A DNA stretch of 64,000 nt from the NCBI GenBank assembly GCA_028534125.1, contig CM052817.1, positions 40,054,001-40,118,000 of the forward strand. Reading direction: 5' to 3'. Made by a program: the position numbers and the translations under genes. The stretch is from Lama glama. Lineage: Eukaryota. Shown piece after piece: positions 11,951 through 25,311 of the stretch (position 1 is the stretch's first letter; each line of letters opens with the position of its first letter). The notes beneath the pieces are model-generated. The model was not told the origin of the DNA. It did no database searches and saw nothing but the letters and a program-made list of their open reading frames with translations.

Positions 11951-12075
11951 GTCTCTGTGGCACGTTTTGCTTCACGTGCCTTGCGATTCAAGTTGCATCT
12001 GACATGAACGAATGCTGTCTGTGTGGAACAAGTGTCGCCATGAGGACCCTCTATCGGACTCGATACGGTATCCCG
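11951..12075 (+). CDS. PLAC8: PLAC8 second coding exon
   Basis: ttcag|GT..CCG|GTGAGT; CLCGTFCFTCLAIQVASDMNECCLCGTSVAMRTLYRTRYGIP; phases fit. Confidence 0.96.
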
Positions 12076-12561
12076 GTGAGTCTCTTACAATACTGTGTCA
12101 TTCAAATCCGCACCCACAATCAAAATAATTGCTATAAACATGGAGGCCCTTTGATGGTATCCACCATCTGGATTGGATCTGTAGGCGCTTCCTAGCTTGT
12201 GCAACCTTGTATTCCATTATTGTAGCAATAGATCCTCTGATTATGTGACTGCTTTCCATGTATCTGTGAAAACCCTAGAGAATAAACGTCTCATATTTGC
12301 CATGTATATTATACAATGGGAGAGGATTATTCAGAGCCTACTATGGCTCAGGTACGTTACCTATATTACATCACTTAATCTTTACATCATTCCTATAAAG
12401 TAAGTAGGTCCCCACATTTGCCAGATGAGGACTTTAAAGTTTGAGAAGGTCAAGTAACTCAGGCAAAGATACGCACTAGAGTAAAGGGAGTCAGTATTTA
12501 ACTCCAACTTTCCACGCCTGCATATTCCATTACACCATAAGCTTCACTTTATGTATAGAAG

Positions 12562-12962
12562 ATATTAGTGCTCTCCAGAAACAGAACCAAAAGGAGATAT
12601 AGATGACATGGATATAGATAAATATAGAGAGAAAGAGATGTCAAGGAATTTGCTCATATTATTGTGGGGGCTAGCAAGTCCAAAAAGCAGGACAGGCTGA
12701 CAGGCTGGGAAGAGTTGCAGAGTCCAAAGGCAGCCTGCTGGCAGAATTCCTTCGTGCTCAGGGGAGGTCAATATTTTTCTATTAAGGCCTTCAACGAATT
12801 AGACGAGGCCCACCCACATTACAGATGGTTACTGTAAGTCTGCCAATGTAAATGTTAATCTCATCTAAAATATTACCTTCACAGAAACATCTAGAATAGT
12901 GTTTGCTTGAATATCTGGGCACCATGGCCTAGCTAAGTTGACACATAAAACTAACCACCACA
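12562..12962. mobile_element. MLT2 (ERVL) LTR
   Basis: ctctccagaaacagaaccaa...ctaagttgacacataaaactaaccaccaca. Confidence 0.8.
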
Positions 12963-13343
12963 AGGAACAAATGAAATAGAATATTATAGGAACTTATTTT
13001 ATTCCATTGAAATTATTTTACTTTTTCAGTTAAAAAAAGTATTTCTTAACTGTAAAAAATAATAAACATATAGGTAATTTTATGACAAATTCAAACACAG
13101 AAATATATAAAACAAAAAGTGAAAATATGACTCCTTTACACACAATGCCACTACTCAGTGATTAAGCCCTATTAATCATCGGTGTGCATTGCTATCCTTC
13201 AGGGTTTTTCTCCTATGCCTATAAGGCATCTGAATATAAATTAGATGTGGCTATACCTACAGATCTAGACACATGGGGTTTGGGGTTTGGGGTCTGCAAG
13301 CCTCTTTTATTTGTTTTGTTTTTACTTTTTAAAATGGGTTCAT

Positions 13344-13450
13344 ACAAAAGAATATGAAGATGAATATATGTATGTATATGCATGACTGAGACATTGTGCT
13401 GCACACCAGAAATTGATACCTTGTAACTGACAGTAATTGAATAAATTTTT
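13344..13450 (+). mobile_element. Young L1 extreme 3' fragment
   Basis: gaatatatgtatgtatatgcatgactga...caccagaaattga; degenerate TSD ttttaaaatgggttcat / ttttaaataggttgat. Confidence 0.7.
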
Positions 13451-14654
13451 TTAAATAGGTTGATATTATACTATAATCTGTTTTCTTTTTTCTACATAAT
13501 ATATGGTAGACCCCTTTTATGTCTGTAATACAGATTTTTTTAATGTCTACATAGTATTCCATCATATAGATAATTTATTTAATCACTTCCTTATTGGTGG
13601 AAAGTTAAATAATATTGCATTTTAAATAGTTGTCCATATATGATTTGTACAAGCACTGGTATTTTTGTAGGCTAGTGTACTACATTAGATTGATAGATCA
13701 CAGGGTATGCACATTCAAAATTTGAAAGATACTGTCAAATACTCCTCCAAAAAGATTATACCAATTTATAATTCATTAACATTATATGTGTGCCAATGTT
13801 TTTTTTCCATTTTGTCCATCAGAGAGGCAAAAATGATATTTCTTTCTTGCTTTAACTAAATTTTTATTAGATAGATCAAGCAACTTTTTGAAAATTTACT
13901 GTCCTTTTTCACTTCTGTAAATTATCTGTACATACACTTCGTTCATTGTTTTATTGGGTTGTTTGCCTTTTCTTATCGGTTTGTAGGAATGCTTTATTTA
14001 TTATGTTACGACTATTTAACATGAACGTTAGCAAATTTTTTAAAGGCTTAGTACATGACCAACTTTTTAAAATGCTCCCTGGGAGTTTGAAAAATCAGTA
14101 ACAGTCTGAAACTAGAACTCTAGTTGATTTTAACAAAATTTGGAAGATTAGAAGAAAGAGGAAGAAGCAAAGATATCCTAAAGACTTTGTTGGTCTGGCA
14201 TTGATCGGTAAATATAATTTTTTAAAAAAGAATCTTATTGAAGTATAATAGACTACAATAAACTGCATATATTTAAAGTGTACAATTTGATAAGTTTAGA
14301 TTATGAATGTACCTGTGAAACCAACCTCACAGTCAAAATGATGCACATATTCATCACCCCCAAAATTTCAGTCACACCCCTTTGTAATCCTTCCCTCTTC
14401 CTCTTCTCTCTTCCCTAAGTAACTCAATGTGCTTTCTGTCAGTATAGATCAGTTTTCATTGGCTACCATTTTATGTAATAGAACTGTACAGTGCATACTA
14501 TTTTGTGTAGCTTCTTTCACCCAGTATGCATATTTTGAGATTCATCCAAGTTGTTGTGTTGTGTACAGGTTAACATGTGTTAAGAGGGTTGATCTGATGT
14601 TAAGTATTTTTAACACAAAAAAAAAATTAGAAAAAAATAAAATATTTGAATGGT

Positions 14655-15278
14655 TATTAAGCACATAAAAAGATGTTCAGCATCATTAGTCATTAGAGAA
14701 ATGCAAATTAAAGCCACAATGAGATACCACTACATGCCTATTGGGATGCTAAAATTAATCAGACTAAACCACACCAGGTGTTAGCAGATATGGAGGAACT
14801 GAAAATCTCATGTACTGCTGGTGGGAATGTAAAATCAGTTTCTTAAAAAGTGAAACATATACCTACCATTTGGCCCAGTCATTCTGCTCCTAGATACTTA
14901 CCCAAGAAAATACATATCCATATCAAGACTTGCAAATGTTCAGAGCAGTTTTGCTTGTAATAGCCAGAACTAAAAACAACCCAAACGTCCCCTAGTGGGC
15001 GACTGGATAAACAAATTGTGATATATTCATATAATGGAATACTAGTCAGCAATAACAAGGAATGAAATTAGAAGTTCTAGATTTGCAGATACAAACTAAT
15101 ACACATAAAATAGATAAACAAGTTTATACTGTATAGCACAGGGAACTATTTTCGATATCTTGTAGTAGCTTATGGTGAAAAAGAATATGAAAATGAATAC
15201 ATGTATGTTCCTATATGACTGAAGCATTGTGCTGTACACCAGAAATTGACACATTGCTCTCTGACTATGCTTCGATTA

Positions 15279-15310
<32 letters not shown>

Positions 15311-15385
15311 AAATAACAAGGAATAAACCACTGATATACACAACAACTTGGATGAAACTCAAGATAAATATAATGTCAAGTTGTG
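14655..15385 (+). mobile_element. Old L1 ORF2/3' fragment hosting a young L1 tail
   Basis: catcattagtcattagagaaatgcaaattaaagccacaatgagataccac. Confidence 0.75.
15067..15311 (+). mobile_element. Young 5'-truncated L1 3' end
   Basis: Same tail as the 18500-18730 copy; TSD aataacaaggaatgaa / aataacaaggaataaa. Confidence 0.8.
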
Positions 15386-17108
15386 GGTAAAAATTTAAGG
15401 GGAGGTCATTACTAACTGGATAAAAATTAGTTATGGAACATCGAAAACTACTAAAGGGAACAAAAGGAACCAGGAAAGATCTACTCAGCAAAAAAGAAGA
15501 AGAAGGAAAAACAGCATCTAGTGAATACCAAACATGAAACAGTTCGGCTGTCTCATGGTGGGAGTGATTTAGATTTCTCAGCTGTACTAAAATGTCTTTA
15601 CCTTTTATTAATTCTTTTAGTGTGTTTGTGGTGCATCTTAGGGAGTCTGACCTCTTATGAGATAGGTGAATAATTGCCCACTTATCTCGCCCCTCTTCTC
15701 TCCGCGGCCCCTAAGCCCGCACTAGGGTCCTCTGTTAAACTGATCTTCAGGCGGTGCCCCGAGGGAAAGCCTCAGCTGACAGCTCTGGGCTGGCCCAGCT
15801 GCTCAAGCTGGCTTCAATTAACCTCTGGTCTCTCGTTTCCCAGCCTCTTCTTCCTCTTTTCTGAGCTCTAGGTGTTTGGTTTGCGGTTTATCTAATGCCC
15901 TGCCCCTGACTCTGTTAGGTTTCATGTTCCTTAGCTCTGTTTTACTTTCTCCCTCAGTGTAACCCCTCTGCTTCACATTTTTCAAAAATTGCTCAAGATT
16001 TCTGGCTCACTGAATTGCCCCGTCCCTGCTTTCTAGTACGGCTTTAATTTTATTTAACAAAGTTCTTCAAGCACATAGTTTTTCAAATTATCTACTTCAC
16101 AAAGTTTGTTAAGAAAAATTATAGTGCCCACATTTCTCTCCACTACTTCCTCTTCCCTAGAGCTGGTCTTTGGGTGTTTTCCCAAAATCATAGTCTTGTA
16201 TTGCTATTGCTACTTTCTGACTTTTCATTCTGGGGCTTTGTCTATGTACCTCCCACTGTGGAAGATGAGATTTTAGTTGTCTTCTCCCCTTTCCTCACTA
16301 CAGACATGCACCTGACCCCTGCCTCACTTCTTCCAATATAGTTACATATAATTGTGGTTAAATCCATATTCAGTATTTATATTAGGGCACTTATGTTTGC
16401 TCTTCAGAGTTGAGTCATGTAATGAACTATGACTGCTTTTTCTACCAAATTTTGTTTTTCGTAGTATTAATAACTCTCAGCTTTTTCATTAGTTTTCCAT
16501 TTACTTAGCAGTAAGTCAACCCCAAAACCTTTCCCAGTTTTCTAAATCTCTTCCCAGAACATTCAACACATCAGACAGTCTATCAATTTCGTCTTCATGA
16601 TGACATCACTCCCTGACCTGCTACCCTTGAACTAGTTGCTCTTCCCTCCCGGTGCTTTGCTTGCACCCTGGGATCTCCTTCATCACAGCCTGGAGATGCC
16701 ATTAACCTCTCTCCCAGGTTAGGCTCCGTTTCTTATATCTCGTATCTTCTTCTTTCTTGGTCTGCTCCTTCATTTTGGGCGTGGTATCTTCCTAGAGGAA
16801 GCATGTGGGAGAAAAGAATTTTGAGATTTTACTTCCTAAAACTCTTTATTTTACCTTCATATTGATACTTTGATGATACTATCTTTTGTTGTCAATATCA
16901 CAAAGTATAGGAAAACATTTGATGTCATAAAAAGAGACAAGAGTTACATGGAGAAATCAACAAACATTTCCCTAAATGTACCCATTCAAGCTCTGAATTC
17001 AAGGGGTCAATGCCTTTTGCTTCTCTTCAAAATGTCTTGAAAATCCACAAGTTTTCATTTCCAAATAGGTGGATTTTATATTTCTATTTCTTTTATATTT
17101 TCAAACAG

Positions 17109-17213
17109 GGATCCATTTGTGATGACTTCATGGTGACCCTTTTCTGTCCTCAATGTTCTCTTTGCCAAATCAAGAGAGACATCAACAGAAGGAGAGCCAT
17201 GCGTACTTTCTGA
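17109..17213 (+). CDS. PLAC8: PLAC8 third coding exon with stop; exon ends at 17225
   Basis: ttttcaaacag|GGA; GSICDDFMVTLFCPQCSLCQIKRDINRRRAMRTF*; donor ATG|GTAGGT 12 nt after the stop; total CDS 342 nt = 113 aa. Confidence 0.96.
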   Translation, partial: GSICDDFMVTLFCPQCSLCQIKRDINRRRAMRTF

Positions 17214-17367
17214 AAAAAATTAATGGTAGGTCCCCAAATCTGTGAATGCTTAGAAATATAATTACGAGCTTTTTATATTACAACAATTCTTTAAGTCTCT
17301 TATATGTTATCTTAATATAAAAATTGATTTTGATTTCTTTTTATGAATAAGATAGCTGGACTAGCTT

Positions 17368-18234
17368 GCTTTGACATAAATCACAGCAATATTTCTCCCA
17401 AACCAGGTCCTAGAGTAATAGGAATAAAAGCAAAAATAAGCAAATGGGACATAATTAAACTTAAAAGCTTTTGCATAGCTAGGGATACCAGCAGCAAAAT
17501 GAAAAGACAACCTGCAGAATGGGAGAAAATATATGCAAATGATGTGACTGACAAGGGACTAATTTCCAAAATATACAAACAACTCTTACAGCCTAATTTA
17601 AAAAACAAGAAACCCAATAAAAATTTTAGGACAGAAGACCTAAATAAATCTCTCCAAAGAAGACATCCAGATGGTCAACAGGCACATGAAAGGATGCTCG
17701 ACATTGCTAATTATCAGAGAAGTGCAAATCAAAGCTACAATGAAGTATCACCTCACACCAGTCAGAATGGCCATCATTAAAAAGTCCATAGTGGGGAGGG
17801 TATAGTGATAGAGCACATGCCTAGCAGGCATGAGGACCTGAGTTCAATCCCCAGTACCTCCATTAAAAAACAAATAACCTAATTACCTCCCCCCTCAAAA
17901 AAAAAACAAAAACAAAAACAAAATTTTAACACAAAAAAGTCTACAAATAATAAATGCTGGGGAAGGTGTGGAGAAAAAGGATCCTCCTACACTATGGAGT
18001 TCGGAATGTAAATTGGTGCAGCCACTATGGAGGACAGTATAGAAGTTCCTTAAAAAACTAAAAATAGACTTACCCTATGATCCAGCAATCCCATTTCTGG
18101 GCATATATCTGGAGAAAACTATAATTGGAAAAACACATGCATCCTAGTGTTCACAGCAGCACTATTTACAACAGCCAAGACATGGAAACAACCTAAATGT
18201 CCACTGACAGATGACTGGATAAAGAAGATGTGAG

Positions 18235-18265
<31 letters not shown>

Positions 18266-18730
18266 GGAATATTACTCAGCTATAAAAATAATAAAATAAT
18301 GCACTTGCAACAACATGGATAGAACTGGAGGTTGTCATTCTAAGTGAAGTAAGCCAGAAAGAGAAAGAAAAATACCATAGGATATCTTTTATATGTGGAA
18401 TCTTAAAAAAAAAAAGGCACAAATGAACTTATTTACAAAACAGAAACAGATTCAAACATAGAGAACAAACTTATGGTTACCAGAGGGGTAAGAGGGTAGG
18501 AAGGGATAAACTGGGAGTTCAAGATTTGCAGATACTAACTACTATGTATAAACTAGGTACACAACAAGTTTATACTGTCTAGCACAGGGAACTATATTCA
18601 GTATCTTGTAGTAACCTACAATCAATTAGAATATGAAAAGGAATATATGTATGTATATCTATGACTGAAGCATTATGCTGTGCACCAGAAATTGACACAA
18701 CATTGTAAACTGACTATATTTCAATTAAAG
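17368..18730 (+). mobile_element. Young 5'-truncated L1 (ORF2 C-terminus and 3' UTR)
   Basis: ORF 17343-17780 contains KAKISKWDIIKLKSFC...[12 protein letters not shown]...[10 protein letters not shown] of L1 ORF2; complete 3' UTR ending ttcaattaaa. Confidence 0.9.
17793..17933 (+). mobile_element. Vic-1-type SINE nested in L1
   Basis: ggggagggtatag...gttcaatccccagtacctccattaaaa...cctaattacctcccc; TSD aaaaagtccata / aaaaagtctaca. Confidence 0.85.
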
Positions 18731-19624
18731 AAATAAAACAAACAAACAAACAAACAAACTTAATTACCTCTCCCCACCCCCCCAAAAAAGAACCTTTCTT
18801 TCTAATGTTCTTCTGGGCTTCCCACCAGTTAAAACTATCAAGAAGGCAGAAGGCAGGACAGCATTGCTGGCCTCCACAGGTCAGCCTCCCAGGGCACCAG
18901 GCAGTGCGGACAAGGGTAGAAATGGATTGGATGGGGCAAACAGGAGATTTCTGATGCAAGGTGTGATTTTAATAAATAGAAGTGGGTTTTACTTCTTATC
19001 AGCAACATTAGTGAACTACAGAAGCCAAAAAAGGGGAAAACATCTGTGTGAGCTTAGTTCAAATCTGGTAGGAACAGATGATCTAGGTAGGAAAAGAATG
19101 AGAAGTGAAAGCTTTCTAAAAGTGAGCTGGGGCCTTGGTGTATCATGTAGTGGATACTAGGCTGATGACTTGGCCTTTTATTTGGTGAGCATTGGGGAGG
19201 CTTTAAGTAAGGGAGTGACATGTGCGCAGCTACACTGTAGAAAATTAATCTGATAGTGAATATTCAAACGGACTGGACAGGATGAGGTCAGAAGTAAAGA
19301 TGTGGCCGTACACCATTTCAATATTTGTTTATTTAAATAATCACAGAGACAATTTGGATAAAAGATCTACTCACACATACATAATAACAAATCCTGGCAT
19401 TGGAGCTTTTTTTTTAAACTTGAGAAAATTACCTTACTGATTTCTGAACTGGTTTGAAGTAAAATACCTTGGTGACCCTAAGGCCTGCTCATCAACTCAG
19501 ACCCTACATTATTCACTGACAACAGAGCTTTAGATCCTCAAATAAATCCTCAAATATCTGAAACGGGAGAATCAAGAGACCAAGATCAAACCATAACGTG
19601 GTTTATGTTAAAATTTAAAAAAAA

Positions 19625-20522
19625 AGATTGAGACAAAGAGATACAGGTACCAACTGAAAAAGTTCCCAATAGCCAAAACTGGAACAATCTGAGCAACAAA
19701 ATAAGGTAGTATTGGGTTAAAATCAACTCAGATTATAAAATAAATATCTGTAAATCCATACTGATATAAATACCTGATTAAATACATAAATGGAGGAGAA
19801 TAGACAAATCTCCCAGGAGTACAGGATTCCAAATAATTTATGTAGGTACTCCTCCCTCAAGGAGATGGAGTGTAATTCCCCACCCCTTAAGTGTGGGTTT
19901 GCAGAGCAACTGCCTTTCAAAGAGTGTAGTATGCAAAGGGCGAGGGAAAGAGTAACCTCATGGTGCAGAAACCCCACAAAACTACCTCAGGCAACTAACA
20001 TCAAAGTCAACATCATCGGTGGTGTCCTTGAGAGCAAGTACCCCTGAAATGATGTGATGAATTGACGCATCACCTCTGTGATCGTCCTCGCAAAACCCCA
20101 CAACTCTAGTCTCACCAGGGGCAAAACATTACACAAACAAAAATTGAGGTCCATTCTATAAAATATGTAACCCATACTCCTCAAAACTGTCAAGGTCGTT
20201 GAAAATAAGTAAGGTCTGAGAAACTATCACAGTTTGGAGGAGCCTAAGGAAACATGGTGACTAAAGGTAACATGCTATCTGGATGTGATCCCGGAACAGC
20301 AAAAGGAAATTAGGTAAAAACTGAGGAATGTAAATAAAGGATCGGCTTAGATTAATAACAATCTATCGACACTGGTTCATTAGTTCTGATAAACCTACTA
20401 AAGTAAGATGTTAACTAGTATAGAAACTGGTGCAGGGTATATGGGAACTCTCTGTACAATCTTTGCAACTTTTCTATAAATCTAAAGTGATTCTAAAATT
20501 AAAACTTTATTGAAAATAAAAA
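19625..20522 (+). mobile_element. L1MC/MD-like 3' UTR
   Basis: actggaacaatctgagcaacaaaataa...ggaactctctgtacaatctttgcaacttttctataaatctaaa. Confidence 0.75.
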
Positions 20523-20568
20523 AGTCACCTGAGGAAATTTAACCCTATTTTTTGTGTGTCCCTTATAG

Positions 20569-20930
20569 GTGAAGAGCTTTTTTTAAAATCCTTTTTCCTG
20601 TGGTCTCTCTTGACCTGTTGAAGAGCACTTACTGAAGCAGCTAAAATCAGCTCCACACCTCTTCAGCTTGCATGTTTCTCCACTCTTGCAACTGAAGTAT
20701 AATTGATATGTTTAATCACAATCAGTGGGGTTAAAAATATAGAACTTTGGTTTCTTTTACAGGAATACTGTCCTTTAGTGATGCTAAATGATCCAGCTTG
20801 GTTTCTCCTTGCTATTAAATTTTCTGGCTTATAAATTTTGTATTACATTTAAAGTATCAGTCAAATAAAATATTTTACTAACTCAATTCTTTGTGCTTCT
20901 TTGCTTTCAATAAAATGTCTTTATGTTATT
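20569..20930 (+). other. PLAC8: PLAC8 terminal non-coding exon (3' UTR)
   Basis: Acceptor gtcccttatag|GTGAAG; cacctcttcagcttg...ttgcaactgaa resembles the recalled human PLAC8 3' UTR; AATAAA at 20864-20869 and 20909-20914. Confidence 0.75.
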
Positions 20931-22339
20931 ACTGAACTTCAAGGGTCAGTCTCATAATTTTGTTCTCATAGTTTGGTTTCCTAACAGGAGATTTTGATTC
21001 ACAGCAACTCAGCTCTCTTTCATCTAAGAAGTTTAAGAGAGAGAAAGAAAGACTACAGGTAACTATTCTAAGACGCTTAAGATACCATCAGCCAACACGG
21101 TTGCTCTTTTTCATGTTATCTACGAACACTGCTAATGCTGACAAAACAACAATGCACTGTGCTCTGTTTCCCAACTGCATATCTGATGGTTTTGTTATTA
21201 CGTTATTGATTTTTTTCTCTTTTAAATATGAAGCATCAGACCAAGTAATAAAAACTCAGTTCTCAAATTTAATGACTCAATTTTGCTTAGTGATGGATAC
21301 ATGTGTGAAGCAATATGTTTTTGCATATTTCTTATCCTATTTGATCCTCTGCAACATTTTGCCCTGATGAAAGTCTCACTTTCTAATTTTCTTTCACTCT
21401 CCTCCTACATACACTTCTGAATCCATTTCATTTGTTGGAATGGGGGTGGTGAGGGAATTACCTACTGTAAGCAGATATTTCACTATAAGTACACCGTGAA
21501 ATTTCAATGAGATAAAATGTAAAAGCTCCTGGAACTTAATAGGCACTCAACAAAGTAGAGCACTTTGCGCCTTCATTTACTTGCCTTCTAGGTGTAGATG
21601 CTTTGCAAGGTTCTATCCTGAGTCCACTCCTTTCACACCTCATGTTCTTCTTAGTGTCATCTACTCCCATGGCTTCAAATGCCTTCTGTGTGCCAAGGAG
21701 GACTGTATTTCTAGTTTCTCCCTTGCTATTAATCTTCAGAATGTCCCTTCGTTTGCCTACTAGACAAGTCAGTCTGGATGACCCCATACCTTCTCTACCT
21801 AACAGATCAAACGATACCACCACTCAGTTGTTCAAGGTGATATATCTAGATATTAATGAAACCTGAATTGTCTCATCACACCCTACTCCCTTCTCCTCAC
21901 ATCTAACCAGACATCAACTTCTGTCCCTTAAACTCCGCTTGATACCCCTAGTGGGTGATCTGTTTGTTGCTGTATCTGCAGTGCCTAGAACAATGCCTGA
22001 CACCTGGCAGATACGTCCTCAAATTACTTTGTGAATGAATTAATCTGTCCTCGCCTCTTTCTTCCCATTGCCACGGATATAGTCCAAGCCCTCATTATGC
22101 CTTTGGAGAACCACACTCATAGCTCCTGAACTAGTTTCTCTGCCTCTAGTAAATCCAGTTCCCACTGCATTCTCTCCAATCCATCCTATACACTGCATGT
22201 CACGAGTAAATTGTGAACATTCTAAAAAATTTTCTTTGGTCCTTCACAATGTACCCTCAATTTACCTCTTTAGCCTATTCTGACATTTTTCACTCTCAAA
22301 ATTCCTTATTTTCCCTGCTTTCAACACACATACTTTTTA

Positions 22340-24990
22340 AAAACAATTTCAAATCCCGACTGTTCATTGTTATATATGTGTAGAAAAGCAATCAATTTTT
22401 GTCCAGGATTTTTTTTCTGATTCCTTGGGATTTTCTACATAGACAATCATGTCAGCTATGAACAAGGACAGCTTTATTTCTTCCTTCCAAATCTGTGTAA
22501 GTTTAATTTTCTTTACTGGTCTTACTGCATTACCTAGGACTTCCTGTGCAATGTATAATAATACCCTTTATAATCCTTCTACTCTTTATGAGATCTGTAG
22601 TGAAGGCCCCTTTCATTTTTAATATTAGTAATTTGTACCTTCCCTTTTTATCTTAGCTTGGCTACTTACAAATATTATTGAAATTTTCAAAGAACCAGAT
22701 TTTGATTTCACTGATTTTACCAACTTCTTGTTTTCAGTTTCACTAATTTATGCTCCGAACTACTCTTAATTTTTATTATTTCTTCTCTTCTACCTACTTT
22801 GGATTTATTTTTCAAGCTTCTTAACATGAAAGCTAAAATTATTGACTTTAGATCTTTCTTCTTTTCTACTATATGCAGTTTTCACTGCATCTCACAGATT
22901 TTGGTTAAGTTGTATTTTCAGTTTCACTTGGTTCAAAATATTTTAAAATTTCTTTTGAGATTTTTCTTTGACCCATCCTTTCTTCAGAACCATGTTGTTT
23001 AATCTCCAAGTATTTGGGGATTTTCCAGTATCTTTCTGTTACTTCTAGTTTCATTTCATTGTGGTCAGAGAGCAAACATTTTATGATTTCTATTCTTTTC
23101 AGTGTGTTTTATGGTCCAGGATGTGGTCTACCTTGGCGAATGTTCTACATGAGCTTGAGAAGACTGTGTTCTCTGTTACTGTTGGATGAAGGGGTTTAGA
23201 AACATCAGTTAGATCCTGTTGATTGACAATACTGTTGAGTTCAACTGTGTCCTTATCAATCTGAATCTGTCCATTGCTGACAAAGGGTGTCAAAGTCTCC
23301 GGGTACAATAGTGGATTCATCTATCTCTCCTTCTAGTTCTATCAATTTTTGCCTCATGTATTTTGACACTCTGTTGTTGATGCTCTGTTTTTAATTGAGC
23401 ATTTTATGATTTCATTTTCTGTCCTCTCTTAGCATATCAATTATATTTCCTTTTTAAAATTTTATAGTAGTTACCCTAGAGTTTGCAGTATACATTTACA
23501 ATTAATCTTAATTACAATTAAGCCCATGTTCAAATAACATTATACTGTTTCATGGGTAGTGCAACAATGTATTCTTAGAATATTCCCAATTCCTTCCTTC
23601 CATCATTGTCATTTATTTCACTTATCCATGTGCTATAATCATCCAAAAACTGTTGCTATTATTACTACAAACAAAGTTAATCTATTAGACCAATGAAAAA
23701 TAAGAAAAAGAAAGTATTTTACCTTCACTATCTCATCTCTGAAGCTCTTCCTTCCTTTTTGTAGATCCTGAGTTTCTAACCTATACCATTTTCCTGCTCT
23801 CTAAATTTCCTTCCCTCTAGCATTTCCTTTTAATTCTTAAGTTTAATCTCTCTGCTTACATTATTCATCTGTTCTTGCATGTTGTCTACCTTTTCCATTA
23901 GAGCCCTTAGCAAATTAATCATAGCTGTTTTAAATTCCTGTTCTGAGAATTCCAACATCGCTGCCATATCTGAATTTGGTTCTTACGCTTGATTTGCCTC
24001 TTCAAATTGTGTTTTTTCCGGCTTTTATCATCCCTTGCAATTTTTTGGTTGAAGGCCAGATGTGATGTTTCAGGAAATATGAACTGAGGCAATTAGGCTT
24101 TTAATATAAGATTTTAGGGTAATTTTGGTAGAAGCCAGGCAGCACTTAATGTTTTCTGTAGCTGTAAATGACAGAGGCTTCTATCCTCCGTTTTCCTTGC
24201 TATGTCTTCTTCCCTGTTGTGTTGTGTTCCCCTAAGAATTCTTTCTTAAACAGTCAGTCTTGGATCTCTCAGTCATAATCCACCGCACCGATACCGTACT
24301 GGAACTCTGTTGTTATGGTGGAAGGGTACTTGGTAAGCATTCAATAATTTTACAATTAAATCTGTTTTTTATTTGGCCCAAGTCCCTGGGCTGTGACATC
24401 AGAGGTGTTTCTTATCCTTTTTTTTTTTTTTCTCTTCTTCCATGATACAAGAAGACTAAAGAGGGCTGAAATGTTCTAACTGGCTTTTCCCCAGATCAGA
24501 TAAGGCTCTGGTAACTTCCTTTAGAGGACAGGACTTTATCACGGAAAATGATCTAGGTGTATTTCAGGACAGTTCCTTTTTCCTCCCCAGCTGCCTGAAA
24601 TACAAGAGGATCCCTGATCTTAATCATGAGAATCTGATGGGGTTCCTGGAGGTAAATCCTAGAAAGTGTAGGGGTTCCCCTAAGAGTGGGCCCTCAGGGG
24701 GTTTTAACTGTCCACCTAGTCCACAGTCAGCCTCCAGTATTTTGCCAAAGTTACCATTTCACTATGTATATCAGTTATCGGTTCAAGGAGGTCTGCTCCT
24801 GGTAAGCTGATCTCTATTCTAAATCTATTCGCCTGTCTCTCCACTTTCAGGAGTGGTGGTTTGCCTTGTGACCTCAATTCTGTGATGGATCTAAGACAAG
24901 GCATGATTTTTCAGTGTGTTCAGCCTTTTTCTTGTTGTGAGAATGGAGTTATGACTTCAGCTCTTTACATGTTGGAGCTGAAACTGGTAG
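22340..24990 (-). mobile_element. Degenerate old L1 between the two gene ends
   Basis: ttttctacatagacaatcatgtcagct; minus-strand ORF remnant DKDTVELNSIVNQQDLTD...FFSS-like...FAKVDHILDHKT (endonuclease-like). Confidence 0.75.
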
Positions 24991-25305
24991 TCACCTACAA
25001 ACTCTTTTTTTTTTAAGTCTTTCCTCATTTTCTCTATAAAGTTAGGCTGAAATAATCGTCTCAGAGGAGCCCTCCCTGACCTCTCTCTGCCAAATGAAAA
25101 GCTCCTCCCTGTGTGCTCCAGTACTTGTACAGCTACAAGTATTACACATGTTGTCTACTGGCTCTGTGAGTCTGTGAACGCCTGGAGAACAGGCATTACG
25201 GCGGCTCATCTTTGCATTTCTTGCATATAGTATAAACAATCGTCTACTGAATTGAAAGGAAAAAGGAACAAAATACTGTTCACTAATTAAAAACAAAGTA
25301 CTACT

Positions 25306-25311
25306 TTTATT
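25306..25311 (-). terminator. COPS4: COPS4 polyadenylation signal AATAAA
   Basis: tttatt on + strand ~355 nt past the stop, followed on - strand by T/GT-rich sequence. Confidence 0.65.

Noticed and set aside
17343..17780. 145-aa ORF as a host gene
   Set aside because: Frameshifted L1 ORF2 C-terminal remnant
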